Under the pieces are notes generated by a model. The model worked only from the letters and a program-made list of their open reading frames with translations. It was not told the DNA's origin and searched no databases. The position numbers and the translations under genes were made by a program. A stretch of 64,000 nucleotides of DNA from the human T2T-CHM13v2.0 reference genome, Homo sapiens: the NCBI RefSeq assembly GCF_009914755.1, contig NC_060925.1, one strand, 5' to 3'. Below, piece by piece: positions 1 through 17,879 of the stretch; positions within the stretch are counted from its first letter, which is position 1; every line of letters begins with the position of its first letter.

Positions 1-142
1 ACACCTGGCTAATTTTTGTATTTTTAGTAGACACGGGGTTTCACCATGTTGGTCAGGCTGTCTTGAACTCCTGACCTCATGATCCTCCTGCTATGGCTTC
101 CCAAAGTGCTGGGGTTACAGGCATGAGCCACTGCACCTGGCC
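1..142 (-). mobile_element. Alu (partial, cut by window edge)
   Basis: Antisense Alu left monomer (ttttgtatttttagtaga...cccaaagtgctgg...gagccactgcacctggcc). Confidence 0.95.
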
Positions 143-210
143 CATTACATTATTTTTTAAAAATCAGTGTGACTCTTTTGACAAATTAGAATGGTTTAAT
201 AATCTTGGTT

Positions 211-520
<310 letters not shown>

Positions 521-555
521 AAATTATGTGTTCAAATACATTAAATATATGGCAA

Positions 556-1075
556 TGAAAAGGAGGCCTAGCATGACTGACTGCATTTTGCTCCTAACCC
601 TTCCTACCCTGTGGTGACATCTTCCAGGCTAACTGCTTTTTCTTATTTCTGCACATAGGCCAAGCTATCTATGGGAGGGATTTAGCTTACAGTTTAACTT
701 TAAAGCACAGATGATAATAATCCCTTCCCCAAACTAACTCCTGAGAAGATAGAGAGGTTGTATACACAAGTAACAGTGTTATGCTGAAGATTTATAAGAG
801 CAGTGTGACCTGACAAAGGACGAACAATTTTCACCATCCCCTTGGGCTCCCACTGCAGCCCATGTCTGTCATTGTCAGACCTCTTCACCTCAAGCGCCTC
901 CTTCTTCCTCCCTTCCCTAACGTACAAGGAGCCTGAAAATCGTATTAATTTAAGATGGTTCTTCAGGATGTTACTTCACCATCTGTTCAGTTTGGTGGCT
1001 CTCTGGAATAAAGTCACCTTCCCTGCCCCTACACCTCAACCCTCCACTTATTGGCTGTCATGCAGCAAGCGGTGA
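556..1075 (+). mobile_element. ERV1 (MER4-group-like) LTR, 3' end replaced by an Alu fragment at ~1076-1141
   Basis: LTR-like sequence with AATAAA at 1007-1012 and a U5-like tail (cttattggctgtcatgcagcaagcg), directly upstream of gag-like remnants. Family assignment from memory. Confidence 0.7.
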
Positions 1076-1159
1076 GTGCAGTAAGCGGAGATCACACCAC
1101 TGCACTCCAGTCTGGGTGACCCTGTCTCAAAAAAAAAAAAAAGAGAGAGAGAGAGAAAT

Positions 1160-1945
1160 TTGGTTTTCGAACCAGACAAATTAAATAGGAGACTTAATTC
1201 CAATGAGACCTAGAAATGTCTAAATTTCTAAAATTTCTAAAAGAACTGAGAAAATTGCCTCCATTGAGGAAGTAAGCTGAAGGAGGTAGACTGTCATGTT
1301 TTCTGATTTGAGAAATATCGAGGAGGCTTTGTCTCTTTCACCTCCAACTGCTCCTTCTCCTCTTGCCCCTGCACCTCCATAGTCTTTCTTACCTGAGCCT
1401 TCCTGTCCTGCCTTGCCTCTTCTTCCATCACCATCACCTAAGGAAAGTCCCCAGGGATCTGGTCCCTTCCCTGAAACTTCTGTTCTGACAGCCCCTTTCA
1501 AGGTAAAACCCAAACCCACAGGAAGAGGGGAGCCTACCGTTGTGTATACCACTTCACCAAAACGTGAATTAAGAATATTATAAAGAACTTCCCTGATCTA
1601 AACTTAAATATATTTCACTCTTCTGTTTCTAAAGCAGGCTCCAAAATCCTGTAGGCTTTGGCAGAAAATTTGACTTAACTGTTGAAACTTTGAGCCCAAA
1701 TATTCTGATCTTTATCAATTAATTCACATGCTGGTGAAGAAGGGAAGGCCACTAACTGGTTGCAAAAGGTAAATTGGAAGGATTTTCAAAAAGGGACTGA
1801 AGCAGAACATGAAAGGTTCACATTTTCACCAAATATCTCCAAGTTGCCATTCCCCAGGTCCTTCCTAAAAATATAGATTGGAGGATAATTCAGCATTGTA
1901 CTAAAAAGCCAGACAAATCTGTCTTTGCTTAACTAAAATGGTTTG
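1160..1945 (+). mobile_element. ERV internal region, decayed gag
   Basis: Proline-rich stretch, then broken frames YSDLYQLIHMLV (1701-1736) and AIPQVLPKNIDWRIIQHCTKKPDKSV (from 1846), resembling gammaretroviral capsid and major homology region. Confidence 0.75.
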
Positions 1946-1947
1946 AG

Positions 1948-2250
1948 ATCCAGGTGTGGTAGTTCATGCCTGTAATCCCAGCACTTTGGGAGGCTGAGGC
2001 AGGTGAATCACTTGAGGTCAGGAGTTCGAGACCAGCCTGCCAACATGGTGAAACCCTGTCTCCACTAAAAATACAAAAATTAGCCAGGTGGCTACTCAGG
2101 AGGCTGAAGCAAAAGAATTGCTTGAACCCAGGAAGTGGAGGTTGCAGTGAGCTGAGATCCTGCCACTGCAATACAGCCTGGGAGACAGAGCGAGACTCTG
2201 TCTCACAAAGAAAAAAATAAAAAGAAAAAAGAAAAATAGAAAAAAAAACA
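1948..2250 (+). mobile_element. Alu
   Basis: Full Alu with A-rich tail. A further Alu right-arm fragment lies at ~2375-2545. Confidence 0.95.
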
Positions 2251-2559
2251 GCAGGGTAGTAGAAATATAAGGCACACAAGAATGATAATCATGAAGACAA
2301 TCTGATTCTACAAGAGTAAGGGAACCTATTCCATTAGAGAGCCAACTGAAAACATCAAATCCCAGTTCACACCCCAGGGTGTGGGGTCACGTACCTGTAG
2401 TCCCAGCTACTCAGGAGGATTAGTAAGGAGGTTTGCTTGAATTCATGAGGTCAAGGCAGGAGTAAACCCTGATCATGCCACTGCACTCCAGCCTGGGTGA
2501 CAGTGAGACCTTGTCTCAAAAACAAACAAACAAACAAACAAAAACCCACAAAACCAAAC

Positions 2560-3088
2560 AACAACAAATTGTCGCCTCACTCTGAAATGACAGTGGCAAA
2601 CATCACTTTGCTATTGACAAATTAAAAGAAAAACACTCCCTCTTGCTATCAACCTGGCCTCTTGCTCTAACATGTCTGACCCATGGTTTAAAATGCCCAA
2701 AAGCTGATGTACTCAAATTATAATACACTTACCTATTCTGCACCAGCATTTATTTTTGTCTGGAGGAGATCACCATCCATGGTCCTGTAAATGTCTAACA
2801 GCATGGAATGATGAAGGGCAGTGTCTTTTAGGATATTTGGTTATATCTATATATATGGCTCTGAAGAAACCCAACATTGGGTGAGTTCCCTCAAACTTTT
2901 CACTAGGCATGACCACTGCTCTATTTTAGATAGAGATTCTGTGGGGCAAAACCTGAGAATTATCTGCCTGGCTATCAAGAAGATAGCTCCTTGCATTTTT
3001 TGGGGGAGAACACTTTTGCTTCAAGGGAGTGTTTCCTCCCAGGATTAGAAATCTTTCTGTAACCTCAGGAAACATTGCTGATGAAAAC
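2560..3088 (+). mobile_element. ERV internal region, decayed env (SU/TM boundary)
   Basis: FWGRTLL followed by IRNLSVTSGNIADE (3044-3085) resembles the fusion peptide and heptad start of class I ERV TM. Frames are broken. Confidence 0.55.
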
Positions 3089-3101
3089 CAGGCATGGTGT
3101 G

Positions 3102-3702
3102 CTGTACAACTTGTAGTAATAAGGCAGAAGTTAAAAGGAAAAGACACGTTTTCCTGTACTTGGCTGACTCCAAGACCTGCCATAGATAGAGCCCTAGCAG
3201 ATCCTCGGTAACACTATCTGAAAAGTCAGAGCCCCGAGGAATGAGTTCCGGAGACTCTCTCAACACAGTCAGCCCCTAGCAAAGATAAGATGAAAAAACA
3301 ACAAATGCCTTTACTACCTTCTCTTTCCCCCTTTCCATTTCTAATTATTCAAGTTTTGTTAAGTTCCCGATTTCCCTTCAGTGCAGCTGCAAGGTCACCA
3401 GCTATACTTGCATTGCAAGACCTGTGACAGTTTGATTAGCTGCCTTTGTTCTGCTTCTATAAGCCCTCTTGCCTGCCCCTGAGTTTCATGCCATCAAATT
3501 CCCGCTGCGCCATTCAAACTAGCCAACCCCCTTTCAGAAGTGTGTATAAAGTTAAGCCCTGTCTTTGTTTGGGGCTCAGCCTTTGGATTTTCATCTGCTG
3601 GGCCTCAGTGCAGTCAATAAATCCTCCTGTTCCACCCATTGGTCTCTCTGTTCTCCTGATTCCCACAACAGTAGTAGGGGACTGCGTTCGCACTTTCCCC
3701 TG
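3102..3702 (+). pseudogene. U1 snRNA 3' remnant (Sm-site region and stem-loop IV) interrupted by the LTR
   Basis: 3671-3702 gtagtaggggactgcgttcgcactttcccctg versus the U1 3' end GTAGTGGGGGACTGCGTTCGCGCTTTCCCCTG (30/32). 3102-3119 ctgtacaacttgtagtaa versus CTGCATAATTTGTGGTAG (13/18). Confidence 0.8.
3120..3670 (+). mobile_element. Solo LTR, LTR10 (HERV-I)-like
   Basis: TATAAA 3545-3550, AATAAA 3616-3621, ends in attcccacaACA. 4-bp flanking duplication GTAA/GTAG (or GTAG/GTAG if the start is 3117). R-U5 matches the LTR10 family as recalled. Confidence 0.8.
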
Positions 3703-4084
3703 GTCTTTCATGGTATGAATAATGGACAGCATTTTTTTTTTTCACCTATAGTCGCAGGCTCGGTCTCAGTGATTGTATGCTGTGGTCAGCTGTTTTTGTT
3801 TTTGTGAGACCTTGTTTTCTTGTTTACTGTCCTGGGACAGATGTCTGTAGTCACTTGTTTCCTCGGGAGGCAAATTTCAGTCTCTGTCGGGGAGGTCTCC
3901 CATGTTAGCTGTGGTGGTACTTGGCAGGCAGAGCTCAGGGATCTAGTCTTCCGTGCTTTGTAGATTGCTCAATGGTCCCCAAGGCCTAGTGGCTTTTAAC
4001 ACCACTTGAAAACCTTAGTGTTTTTCCACTGTCCCCAGAGTCACCTCTTACACAGCCTCTTTTTTTGTTTGTTTGACTTATTCT

Positions 4085-4260
4085 CTGAGAGATAGTCTCA
4101 CTGTATCTGGTGGCATCTTGGTTGAATCGATCCTCCCACCTCAGCCTCTGGAGTAGCAGAGGCACCAGTCACCACAGCCAGCTAATTTCTGTTCTTGTTT
4201 TTGTTGTTGTGGTGGCTGTCTTGTTTTTTTAAGAGTTGAAGTTTCTCCATGTTGCCCAGG
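4085..4260 (-). mobile_element. Degraded Alu, truncated at tgttgcccagg
   Basis: gatcctcccacctcagcctc...ccatgttgcccagg, then an abrupt switch to GC-rich sequence. Confidence 0.75.
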
Positions 4261-4553
4261 CGACGTGCTCCCGGCGAAGGAGGCCGCCTGCCTGGGGGCG
4301 GGCTGGAGCCACGTCCCAGGGCTGGGGGCGCTGTGGGCACTGTGGGTGCCGCACCCACCGCTGCCCGGCCCCGGAAGCCAAGAGAGCGTTCTCGACGGGC
4401 TCCGCGGATGCCCCGCCGCGTCCTGCTGCCCATCCTGCCCAGGTTGTCGCGGGCCGGGGGCACGACAAGAGGCCGGGCCTGCCCGGACGCAGCGGCCTGC
4501 AGGGCACAGCTGTCCCTCCACCAGCCGGGGTCCCCTCGCTCAGCCCATGAGAC
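4261..4553. other. Orphan CpG-rich fragment between Alu pieces
   Basis: Very GC- and CpG-rich ~290 bp with sharp edges. Source not recognised. Confidence 0.5.
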
Positions 4554-4571
4554 AAATAAATGAATACATAA

Positions 4572-4991
<420 letters not shown>

Positions 4992-5580
4992 TTATGTGTG
5001 TGCATATTTTTAAGCTCAGATATGCATAGGCGGATTGACACCTCTGTTTGAATGTATTCCCATGAGCTCATGCCATTAATTCACCATCAGAAGAAATATT
5101 TACTGAGCGTGAGCCATGCCATTCCACAGCCACCATTATAGCACTAAGATACAATGAGGAACAAAAAATCCAGGCTTTCTGAGCTCACACTGGGGTGGGG
5201 GCATGGTGGGAAGACACAGGCATCAATGTAATAAACAGAAACCACGACAGGGCTAAGTGTTCTGGAGGAGAGGCGCATGGTGTACTGAGACCCCTGCGGT
5301 AGAACCCAGGTGCACCTTTGAGCTTTGCTTGCATGGTTTGGGTTTGTGGGCTCACCTGCATGTGTCCATGCATGCCCCATCTGCGTGCCCGTGCATGGCT
5401 GCATCACCCCATGCACACGTGCACTGCCCCTGGGCTTGCCCACATGTGCTGCTCCCCAGGGCGCCAGGCTATCAGCCTACAAGGCATTGTGGGTCTGGGC
5501 CCAGCCTGCCACCCCCTACAGAGGCCTGAGCCTGCCTTCCCAGGAGGCCCAGGACTCTCACCCAGGGCCCTTCCCTGCAG

Positions 5581-6309
5581 CTGGAGCAGGCTCTGTGGCT
5601 GGAATCTGGTGAGCTGGAGACGCAAGAGCCCAGGGGGCTGGTACTCCAGAGTGTGGAGTTGCGGAGGCAGCTGCAGGAGGAGCAGGCCTCCTGGTGGCGC
5701 AAGCTGCAGGCCTACCTGGAGGGCCAGCAGCGGCAGGCCCAGCTTGTGCAGCGGCTGCAGGGCAAGGTCAGGGCCACCCATTCCTGCTCTTTCCCTCCCA
5801 CGTGTTCACTTTGCCCTGCCCCCACCCCTGGGGCTCACCATCAGCTCCCAATCCCCAGATTCTCCAGTACAAGAAGAGGTTCTCGGAGCTGGAGCAGCTG
5901 TTGGAGAGATCCGGAGAGCTGGAGCAGCAGCAGCTGAGGGTGGGTGCCAGGGTGGGGCAGAGGCAGGCCCTGCCCTCCACCTGCCCAGCCTGATGCTTTA
6001 ACCTCTCTGCCACCCAGGACGCAGAGCACAGCCAAGACCTGGAGAGTGCCCTCATCTGGCTGGAGTAGGAGCAGCAGGGAGGGCCAGGGCTCGCAGCATG
6101 GCCCCCTGGGCGAGCGCCTACTGATCCCCTGTGCCCCATTCAGGAGTGCCAGCCTGGCCCAGGTGAATGCCATGCTCTGAGAACAGCTGGACCAGGCAGG
6201 TTTGGCCAACCAGGCTCTGAGTGAGGAGATACGAAAGGTGACCAGTGACTGGACTCGCAGCTGCAAGGAGCTGGAGCAGTGGGAGGCGGCATGGAGGCGC
6301 GAGGAGGAG
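5581..6309 (+). pseudogene. CROCCP2: CROCC (rootletin) pseudo-exons ~4-7: 5581-5766, 5859-5939, 6018-~6079, 6144-6309
   Basis: Translations LEQALWLESGELETQEPRGL..QRLQGK / ILQYKKRFSELEQ.. / DAEHSQDLESALI.. / SASLAQVNAML*EQLDQ..WRREEE match rootletin. Stops at 6066 (TAG) and 6178 (TGA); the third exon has lost its GT donor. Symbol for this 5' piece is tentative. Confidence 0.9.
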
Positions 6310-8411
6310 GTGGGCATGGGGGTGCAGGGAGGCCGGCGATATAAGAGGAAGATAATGCACAATTATGCTAGTGAGACTCTCTTTTCCAATAATGTTTGCA
6401 CTTCTCAATACTACATTTAAAAAGGAAATAGGAGCACTTGAACGGTTAAGTAAGAAGATGAACAAAATTGAACAGAGGAAAAATAACTGTCTGAAGACAT
6501 GTTGAAAATACATTTAAAGACAGTCTGTCTGAGACAGGAGCTGAGCTGGCCAATCCATCTTTTAAATCATTGAACATCATTCAGGTGTCAAGTATTTGAC
6601 CTGGAGCCTGGAAGGGGAGGAGAGAGTCCAAAAAAAAGTCAAAATATAAAGAAAAAAAATTAAAGAACTTGTCCCACAAATCAGGCAACCAAGGTCTAAA
6701 CTTATACTCTCTGCCTGGGTAAATTGTTGTTGCTTCTTTCTGTGACTCTTAAAAGATGTACCATATACCTCATTTAATGACTTTGATTTATTCATGAAAA
6801 CTCTATCCCCATGGGAAAAGCTGTTAAATGAAAAAAGATTTCTTTTAAGTAGAAAAATTATGAAAGGATTCCTTCCAACCCTCCATACCCAAAATATCTC
6901 AAATGAATTATATAGCTATCAATTATCAATATATATCAAAATATACCAATTAAAAATATCAGTTAAACAATACGTCAATTGAACTATGAAAGCAAGCTTA
7001 TTTAAGTAGCAAAGAATAAGGTGAAGGTTAGTAAGTATAGCTTATACTTAAAATACAATGAATTGAAAGCTCATGGCACTTCATAGAGTAGGAAGAAGAA
7101 ACTTAATAGAAAGTGGTAGTTGGGCGAGAAGGACTGCAAGGGAGTTATTTGGAAAATGCATTTTTTATTTCTGCATCATTTTGTTCACAAATTATTCTTA
7201 ATCTTTTGTGAATTTGTGGATTTCTTGAACTCAAACCAGACTTAAAAATACAGTTATAGCACAGAAAAAAATCTTTAATGGCAAAATAAAAGCTAAGCAA
7301 GAGAGCCTTTCAAAACACATGAAAATAACACACACATACAAAAAAAAAAAGAATAAAGAGATGTACAAGTGACACCTCCTCAACCTTCTCACTTGGTGTA
7401 CATACGCACAGTAAATTATTTTGGGCTCAGCCAAGCATGGGAGCAATTCAAATAGATCCATATGATATTCTCTGATTAGAAACTCTTGTGGAGTAAGTTG
7501 GTGAGTGTATCTTTGCCTAAAACAGTCATGTCAAAATATAGCTTCCTATAGCATATTTATTTAGTATCATTTTGGTGAAAAAGTGGTTATACAGAATAGA
7601 AAAGAGTTGTCCAAAACTAAGTGGTTGACCTTTCCAGAGCCATTACCTGCAGAATTGTTATGTAAGTCTGTTCCATACTCGTAAAGGAATACTCAGCTGA
7701 CCCAACTGATTTTCTCGTGTTTTTTCCTTCAAGGGCTAGTAGAAGTCTATATGTTGTGGTGGAAAACAACCTCAGCCCTATAGTCCAACATTTGCCTATC
7801 AAAACTTGTCCTATGATTTATAAAACTAGAACCTCACTGGTAAGTCACATTCCTAGAGTCTCCCCCATCCCTAACCCCAGTCACGGAAAATAAATCAAAT
7901 CATTGTCACTCTTTCTTAACAAAGAGCATACATTTAAAACTTGAGTAAAATTACAGGTACCGTCTGGGGCCTTCAAGGGGGAACTTGAAGTCTCAATACC
8001 GCAGTTGTCCAATCAGAGGATCCAAGATGAATATACTCAAGGACTTTATGCTTGGCATCCTCTGGAGACAGTACATAACCACCAGCTTGGTTTAACTGGA
8101 GATTCATTTGGGTTAGGAGAAATTATGTAGGCAATGTACTTAGTCAATGGAGGCCTCATGCCTGAAGACTTACAAGAATCTGAATTCGTATGTTACTTTT
8201 CCTTTAATGGAGTGGAATTCCAAATGAAAATAATCAAACAGCATGTGCATAAACATTAGATATAATACCCACATTTACAAAGCCTTTATAGATATGCAAG
8301 TGTTATTGCGTCTGTCCCTAGCTTCTGTACAGAATTTAATGGGTAGCTGTTACTATTTTATTGCTGTATAAAAATGAGGAAACTGATAAGTTGTCTAAAG
8401 GTGCACAATCA

Positions 8412-8880
<469 letters not shown>

Positions 8881-9262
8881 AAGCTTATTTTTTCCCCTAA
8901 TCACCATAATATTCACTATTAAGTGAGGGAAATAGAAATAATTTACTTAGCAAATCCTTTCTAGTTCAAATAATTTCTATACAGGCTGTGCAAACATAAT
9001 AATGAGAGATTCTTTTTAGTCATCTTGCTTTATATCACTAATTACACTCTTATTTAATGATATTTTAAAGAAAAACGTGTTTATTTTCAAGTAGAAAACT
9101 CATATCTGTCCACCAAGGAAAGCTGTAACAAATGTAAAATACATAAAAAAGATAACTGCTAAATTTCTAAAGCATTCCAAAAAAAGACAAATAGAAGGGT
9201 GTCAGATTAGGAAAGTATGTCTTGTAAGGTGTAACGGACAGACTGATGAGCTTAGAGATGTG

Positions 9263-9440
9263 GATCTCAAAGTGGTTCTCAGAGCAACAGCATCAGGGTC
9301 ACCTGGGAACGTGTTAGAAATGCAGATTCTCAGGTACCATCCCACATTTAATGAATCAGAAGCTCAGAGTAGAGACCAGCAATTTGTTTTAACAAGTCCT
9401 TCAGGGATTCTGATACAGCTGATGTTTGAGAAACACTAGC
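9263..9440. mobile_element. MER5A-like hAT-Charlie DNA transposon relic
   Basis: ctcaaagtggt...cagcatcag..cacctgggaac.tgttagaaatgcagattctcagg...ttttaacaag...tttgagaaacactag. Confidence 0.85.
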
Positions 9441-11519
9441 TTTAGGTAAACGTAAGAGGGTCACGTTAGTATTTTTAAATCATTGGAAGTTGGTTTGTTT
9501 TGTTTTTTCTTAAGTGGGACTCATTTATACTTCAATACACAGAATGGATATTTAGAGGAAGTCGTTTTTGACCTAACACAGATGAGCACTTCCAATTGAA
9601 TAGCGCTTTCTGATAATGGGGCTGCCCACTACAAATGAATAACTGGGTTTCTCTAGGCTGGAGCTGCAGACAGGTCACTATGTGTATGGAGGATTGTATT
9701 AATATGATCGTGGCTCTTTATAGCTCTGCATTACTAATATTCTGTTTTAAAGTCTCTCCTCAATATCCAATGTCTCTGTGTGAATGATGGTAAGGAGTGG
9801 GTAACAGTAACAATCATCCTGTTGTTGACAACAGATGATAAGAGAAAGCCCAACTTTACACTCTGTATAATCTTACACCAATGCCCCATTCCTCGTCTAA
9901 TTTTTTTACATGTTAACACATGACCTTGGCATTACTAAATAAGAAGCCCTCTCACTTAGAACCCGATGCAGTATGATAAAAATTATTTTGAGAACAATCA
10001 GGAGCTCTAGTTTTCAATTCTGCTTCTCTTCTCAAGTAGTTCTGTGCCTTAGTTTCTTCTTTGTAAATTTAAATGGTTGGAACAGAGGATCTGTTAAGTG
10101 TGATTCAAGCTGAAATTGTATGTAGCCCACACTGAGTTTCTCTGCTATACCCCTAACCCATTCAACAATCACACCACCAGTTTTCAGGACTCACAGTAGG
10201 ATAGCCGTCTATCATTTGTTAATAGGTGTGCTCTTTCATCCAAACTAGAAACTCATGATTTCTGCAGTTTTTTATTCTAGCAAGGTTCTAGGTGCTGGCC
10301 TGGAACTATAAAACGAACATTTCACAAAAAGTTATGACAATATACAAGGGAAAGACAATTTCTTTGAATATCCATAATCTCAATATGGAGTCTGGCTGTG
10401 GATGGCCAAGAGATAGTTTCCTTAACTGGAAAAAGCTTTTAAATGAGGCTTGGTGGATGATATATCTTTGCATCATTACAAAGAAGAAAAAAGAGAAATC
10501 TCACAACTGAAGAAAGTGAAATTCACTTTACTTAATGCGGACCTCTGTCTCTGGTGTGCAGGTCCTCTGTGTCCAAAGATAATTAGCACTTTATAATGCT
10601 AATTATTATAATTATGTCTGAGAAAAAAATCATTAGGGGGTAGGTCCGTTCACTGATTTTCAACTGCCCCCTCTATTTAAAAATAAGGTCATTTTTCTAT
10701 GAAATACCTTTAGGAGCTCAAAGCAGAAAGAGGGTTATAGAAAATCCTGCGTAGGTATAAGCCTGAGTTTTTAATATTCTTATAATTCTGTGATGTGTCT
10801 GGAAACTGAACCGGGAGGAAAACAGTGAACCTATTTAGTCCAGGAGACTAGAAATCAGGACTCAGAAGAGTAAACATTTCTGTAATAGTTAGTCCTCAAA
10901 TAGTCATTCATTGACCTTCCACTGGGTGTCTGGCAATGTGCAAGCTGTTTCTAGATGCTACCTCATGTAACAACCATCAGAGTTGCACAAAGCAAGTACT
11001 AGTACTCCACTTTCATAGACAAAGAAGTAAAATCTTAGAAATTAGCTGCCCAATGTCATGTATGTAGGAAAGGAAAGCTGCATTCTGATCCATATTTGCT
11101 GGCTCCAAAGCACTTGTTGTAAATACTTCACTATCCTGTGCTTACACGTAAATGTACCATTTCTCTTAGGGGTCTTGAAATACTGAATCAAAGAATGGTG
11201 TAGGGGAAGGGCAGTTTAGAAATACCTGGAAATTTGGTTGTTTGAAGGAAGCCCACTCTCAGATGGTAGGAGATCAAGCTAACAGAATAGCTGAGAATAT
11301 TTTCTGAGAGCCCCAGAAGTATAAAAACGGTCTAGGGGGGAAAATTTGGGACACAGAGTGAAAATAGCCTGCCTCTGAAGACCAGCTTCATTTCTTCCCC
11401 TCTGGGTGTTAATGAAAGAGCCTTTAACTTTGCCAGGCCTCAGTTACTAATTTCTAAAACAACTGCTGCTACTATTACTACGGATCTTACTGCTACTATG
11501 ACCACCACCACCACCACAT

Positions 11520-11660
11520 CAGTTACTGAGAACTGAACTAGATGCCAAGAAAAATGGTAAACACTTCATATACATCATCTTTTTAAACACAAAATGTACT
11601 ATTAATCCAGCTTTACATATAAGAAAACTGAGGCTCAAAGAGGCTAAGTAATTTGTATGT
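11520..11660 (-). mobile_element. MIR relic (others at ~8350-8500, ~9960-10090, ~10900-11140)
   Basis: MIR core aagaaaactgaggctcaaagaggctaagtaattt. Confidence 0.65.
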
Positions 11661-12487
11661 GAACATGCTTTACACTATGTAAAACATCTTATTAGTAGAT
11701 ATCACTATTATTAAGAACCTATCAGCCGGAGAGGAAGAATTGGCCTTTTATCTTTCTAAGATGCACAGTTGTCTTTCTGTTTAATGTTTTTTTAAAAATC
11801 CCCCTGTGACAAGCTCCAGAGGACAAATAATTTATTTCTTGGGGTGTATGGCTCTCTAAATGAATTAATTGATAGGCATCCCCTTGTCAGTCTCAGGGAT
11901 GTGGAAATAAAACAGACATGAGATGTTTTTTACCAAACTAATTTGTGCTTTAAACACATAAATAATAAATATATATATATTAAAGTAAATGTGTATTTAC
12001 CGTCTCTCCTGCTCCACTTTGAATTCAAGAACCCGTGTCTTTGTTGGGTCACTGCACTGTCAATTGAGAAGTTTGGTTTTGTTTCTTTGAGTGTTAGTAA
12101 GTGGCATTAAATAGTAAATATTGCCGGGGGAAAGAAAGGAGAAAAACAGCTCCTCCAATCCATCCCTGTTTCCATTCAATTAAAGGAGGGTAGAAAGAAT
12201 ACTTAAGATAATTGTAATAAGTCTAATAGAATAGCAGGAGCCACTCTTTTCCTTTCAGTAGGCCATTAGCTCAGAACTATTTTCAGAGTAATACTAAGAT
12301 GATATTTGCCTTTTCACTGTGTTGGCACTTGTATTGATAAGGCAAAAGCAGTGGAGTCTTAGCAAAAATTAAGACCATGAAAACAAACTGCACTAGGAAT
12401 AATTCTCTTCTTTATTACTGTTTACTTGTAGGGGGAAAAACCATTTTCATTTAAGAAAGTCCTTGGTGAAGTAGTAAAAATATGAAT

Positions 12488-12493
12488 TTTATT
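12488..12493 (-). terminator. Candidate poly(A) signal for the MST1 pseudogene transcript
   Basis: tttatt on plus equals AATAAA on minus, ~85 bp downstream of the MST1-equivalent stop and outside the MST1-derived sequence. Confidence 0.6.
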
Positions 12494-12536
12494 AAATCTC
12501 AGCCTTGAGTACAAGTCTTGTCCTTGACTGTACTTA

Positions 12537-17229
<4,693 letters not shown>

Positions 17230-17299
17230 CCGGGAAGTTGTGAAACCTGTCCCTACGGGATTGGGTGGCTCTGGCTCCGCACGTCAGCTCAGGGCCTGC

Positions 17300-17319
17300 T
17301 GGACCCTGACCTGAGACCT
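17300..17319 (-). promoter_or_regulatory. Overlapping DR1 (HNF4-type) nuclear receptor elements in the MST1-type promoter
   Basis: Minus strand AGGTCT-C-AGGTCA-G-GGTCCA, 113-132 bp upstream of the ATG at 17187. MST1 is a liver gene with a described HNF4-dependent promoter. Confidence 0.65.
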
Positions 17320-17879
17320 GGTGACAGGAGCCATGAGGGGCCAGGCCTCAGGTCCCACAGGTCAGTTGCAAGGGCCTAGCACAGCTAGCCCCCTGAGAGG
17401 CCTCCCTACTTAGTGGTCAGGTGTTAGGAAGGTTTGGTGGGGCCACTTGAGGTGCCCTGGGGTTGGGGTGAAACCCCTCTGCAGCCTAGTCAGCCCAAGG
17501 GCATTGTGAAAGTGACAGCTGCCAGAGGTCTGGGTTCCAGCCCCTGGCTGACATTAAACTTTTCTGAATTTCGGTTTTTCCCTGTAAATTGGGGAAAATT
17601 ACTTGCCCCAGCTTCAACACTGCCTCCCCTCCACCCTTTTGCTGCTGCCTTATCAGGCCCCAGCTGTAGGCAGGTCAGCCCACGCCCGGCGGCAGAGCCC
17701 AGAGAGGCTCGCTCATCTCAGCCGCCAGAAGTGTCATCCCAGGGAAGGTGAGCGAGGCTGTCCACTAGGACTAAATAGGGGTGGAGGTAACAGGTAGCAG
17801 GGACTCTGGCAGGAACCGCCTTTCAGACGTTTTCAGGACCGTCTGAGCGGGGCCTCCAAGTATGGGTAGGAGACAGGCG

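Noticed and set aside
7957-8130. 57-codon open frame after an AG in AT-rich DNA (VPSGAFKGELEV..)
   Set aside because: No pyrimidine tract, no recognisable homology, and the length is plausible by chance.
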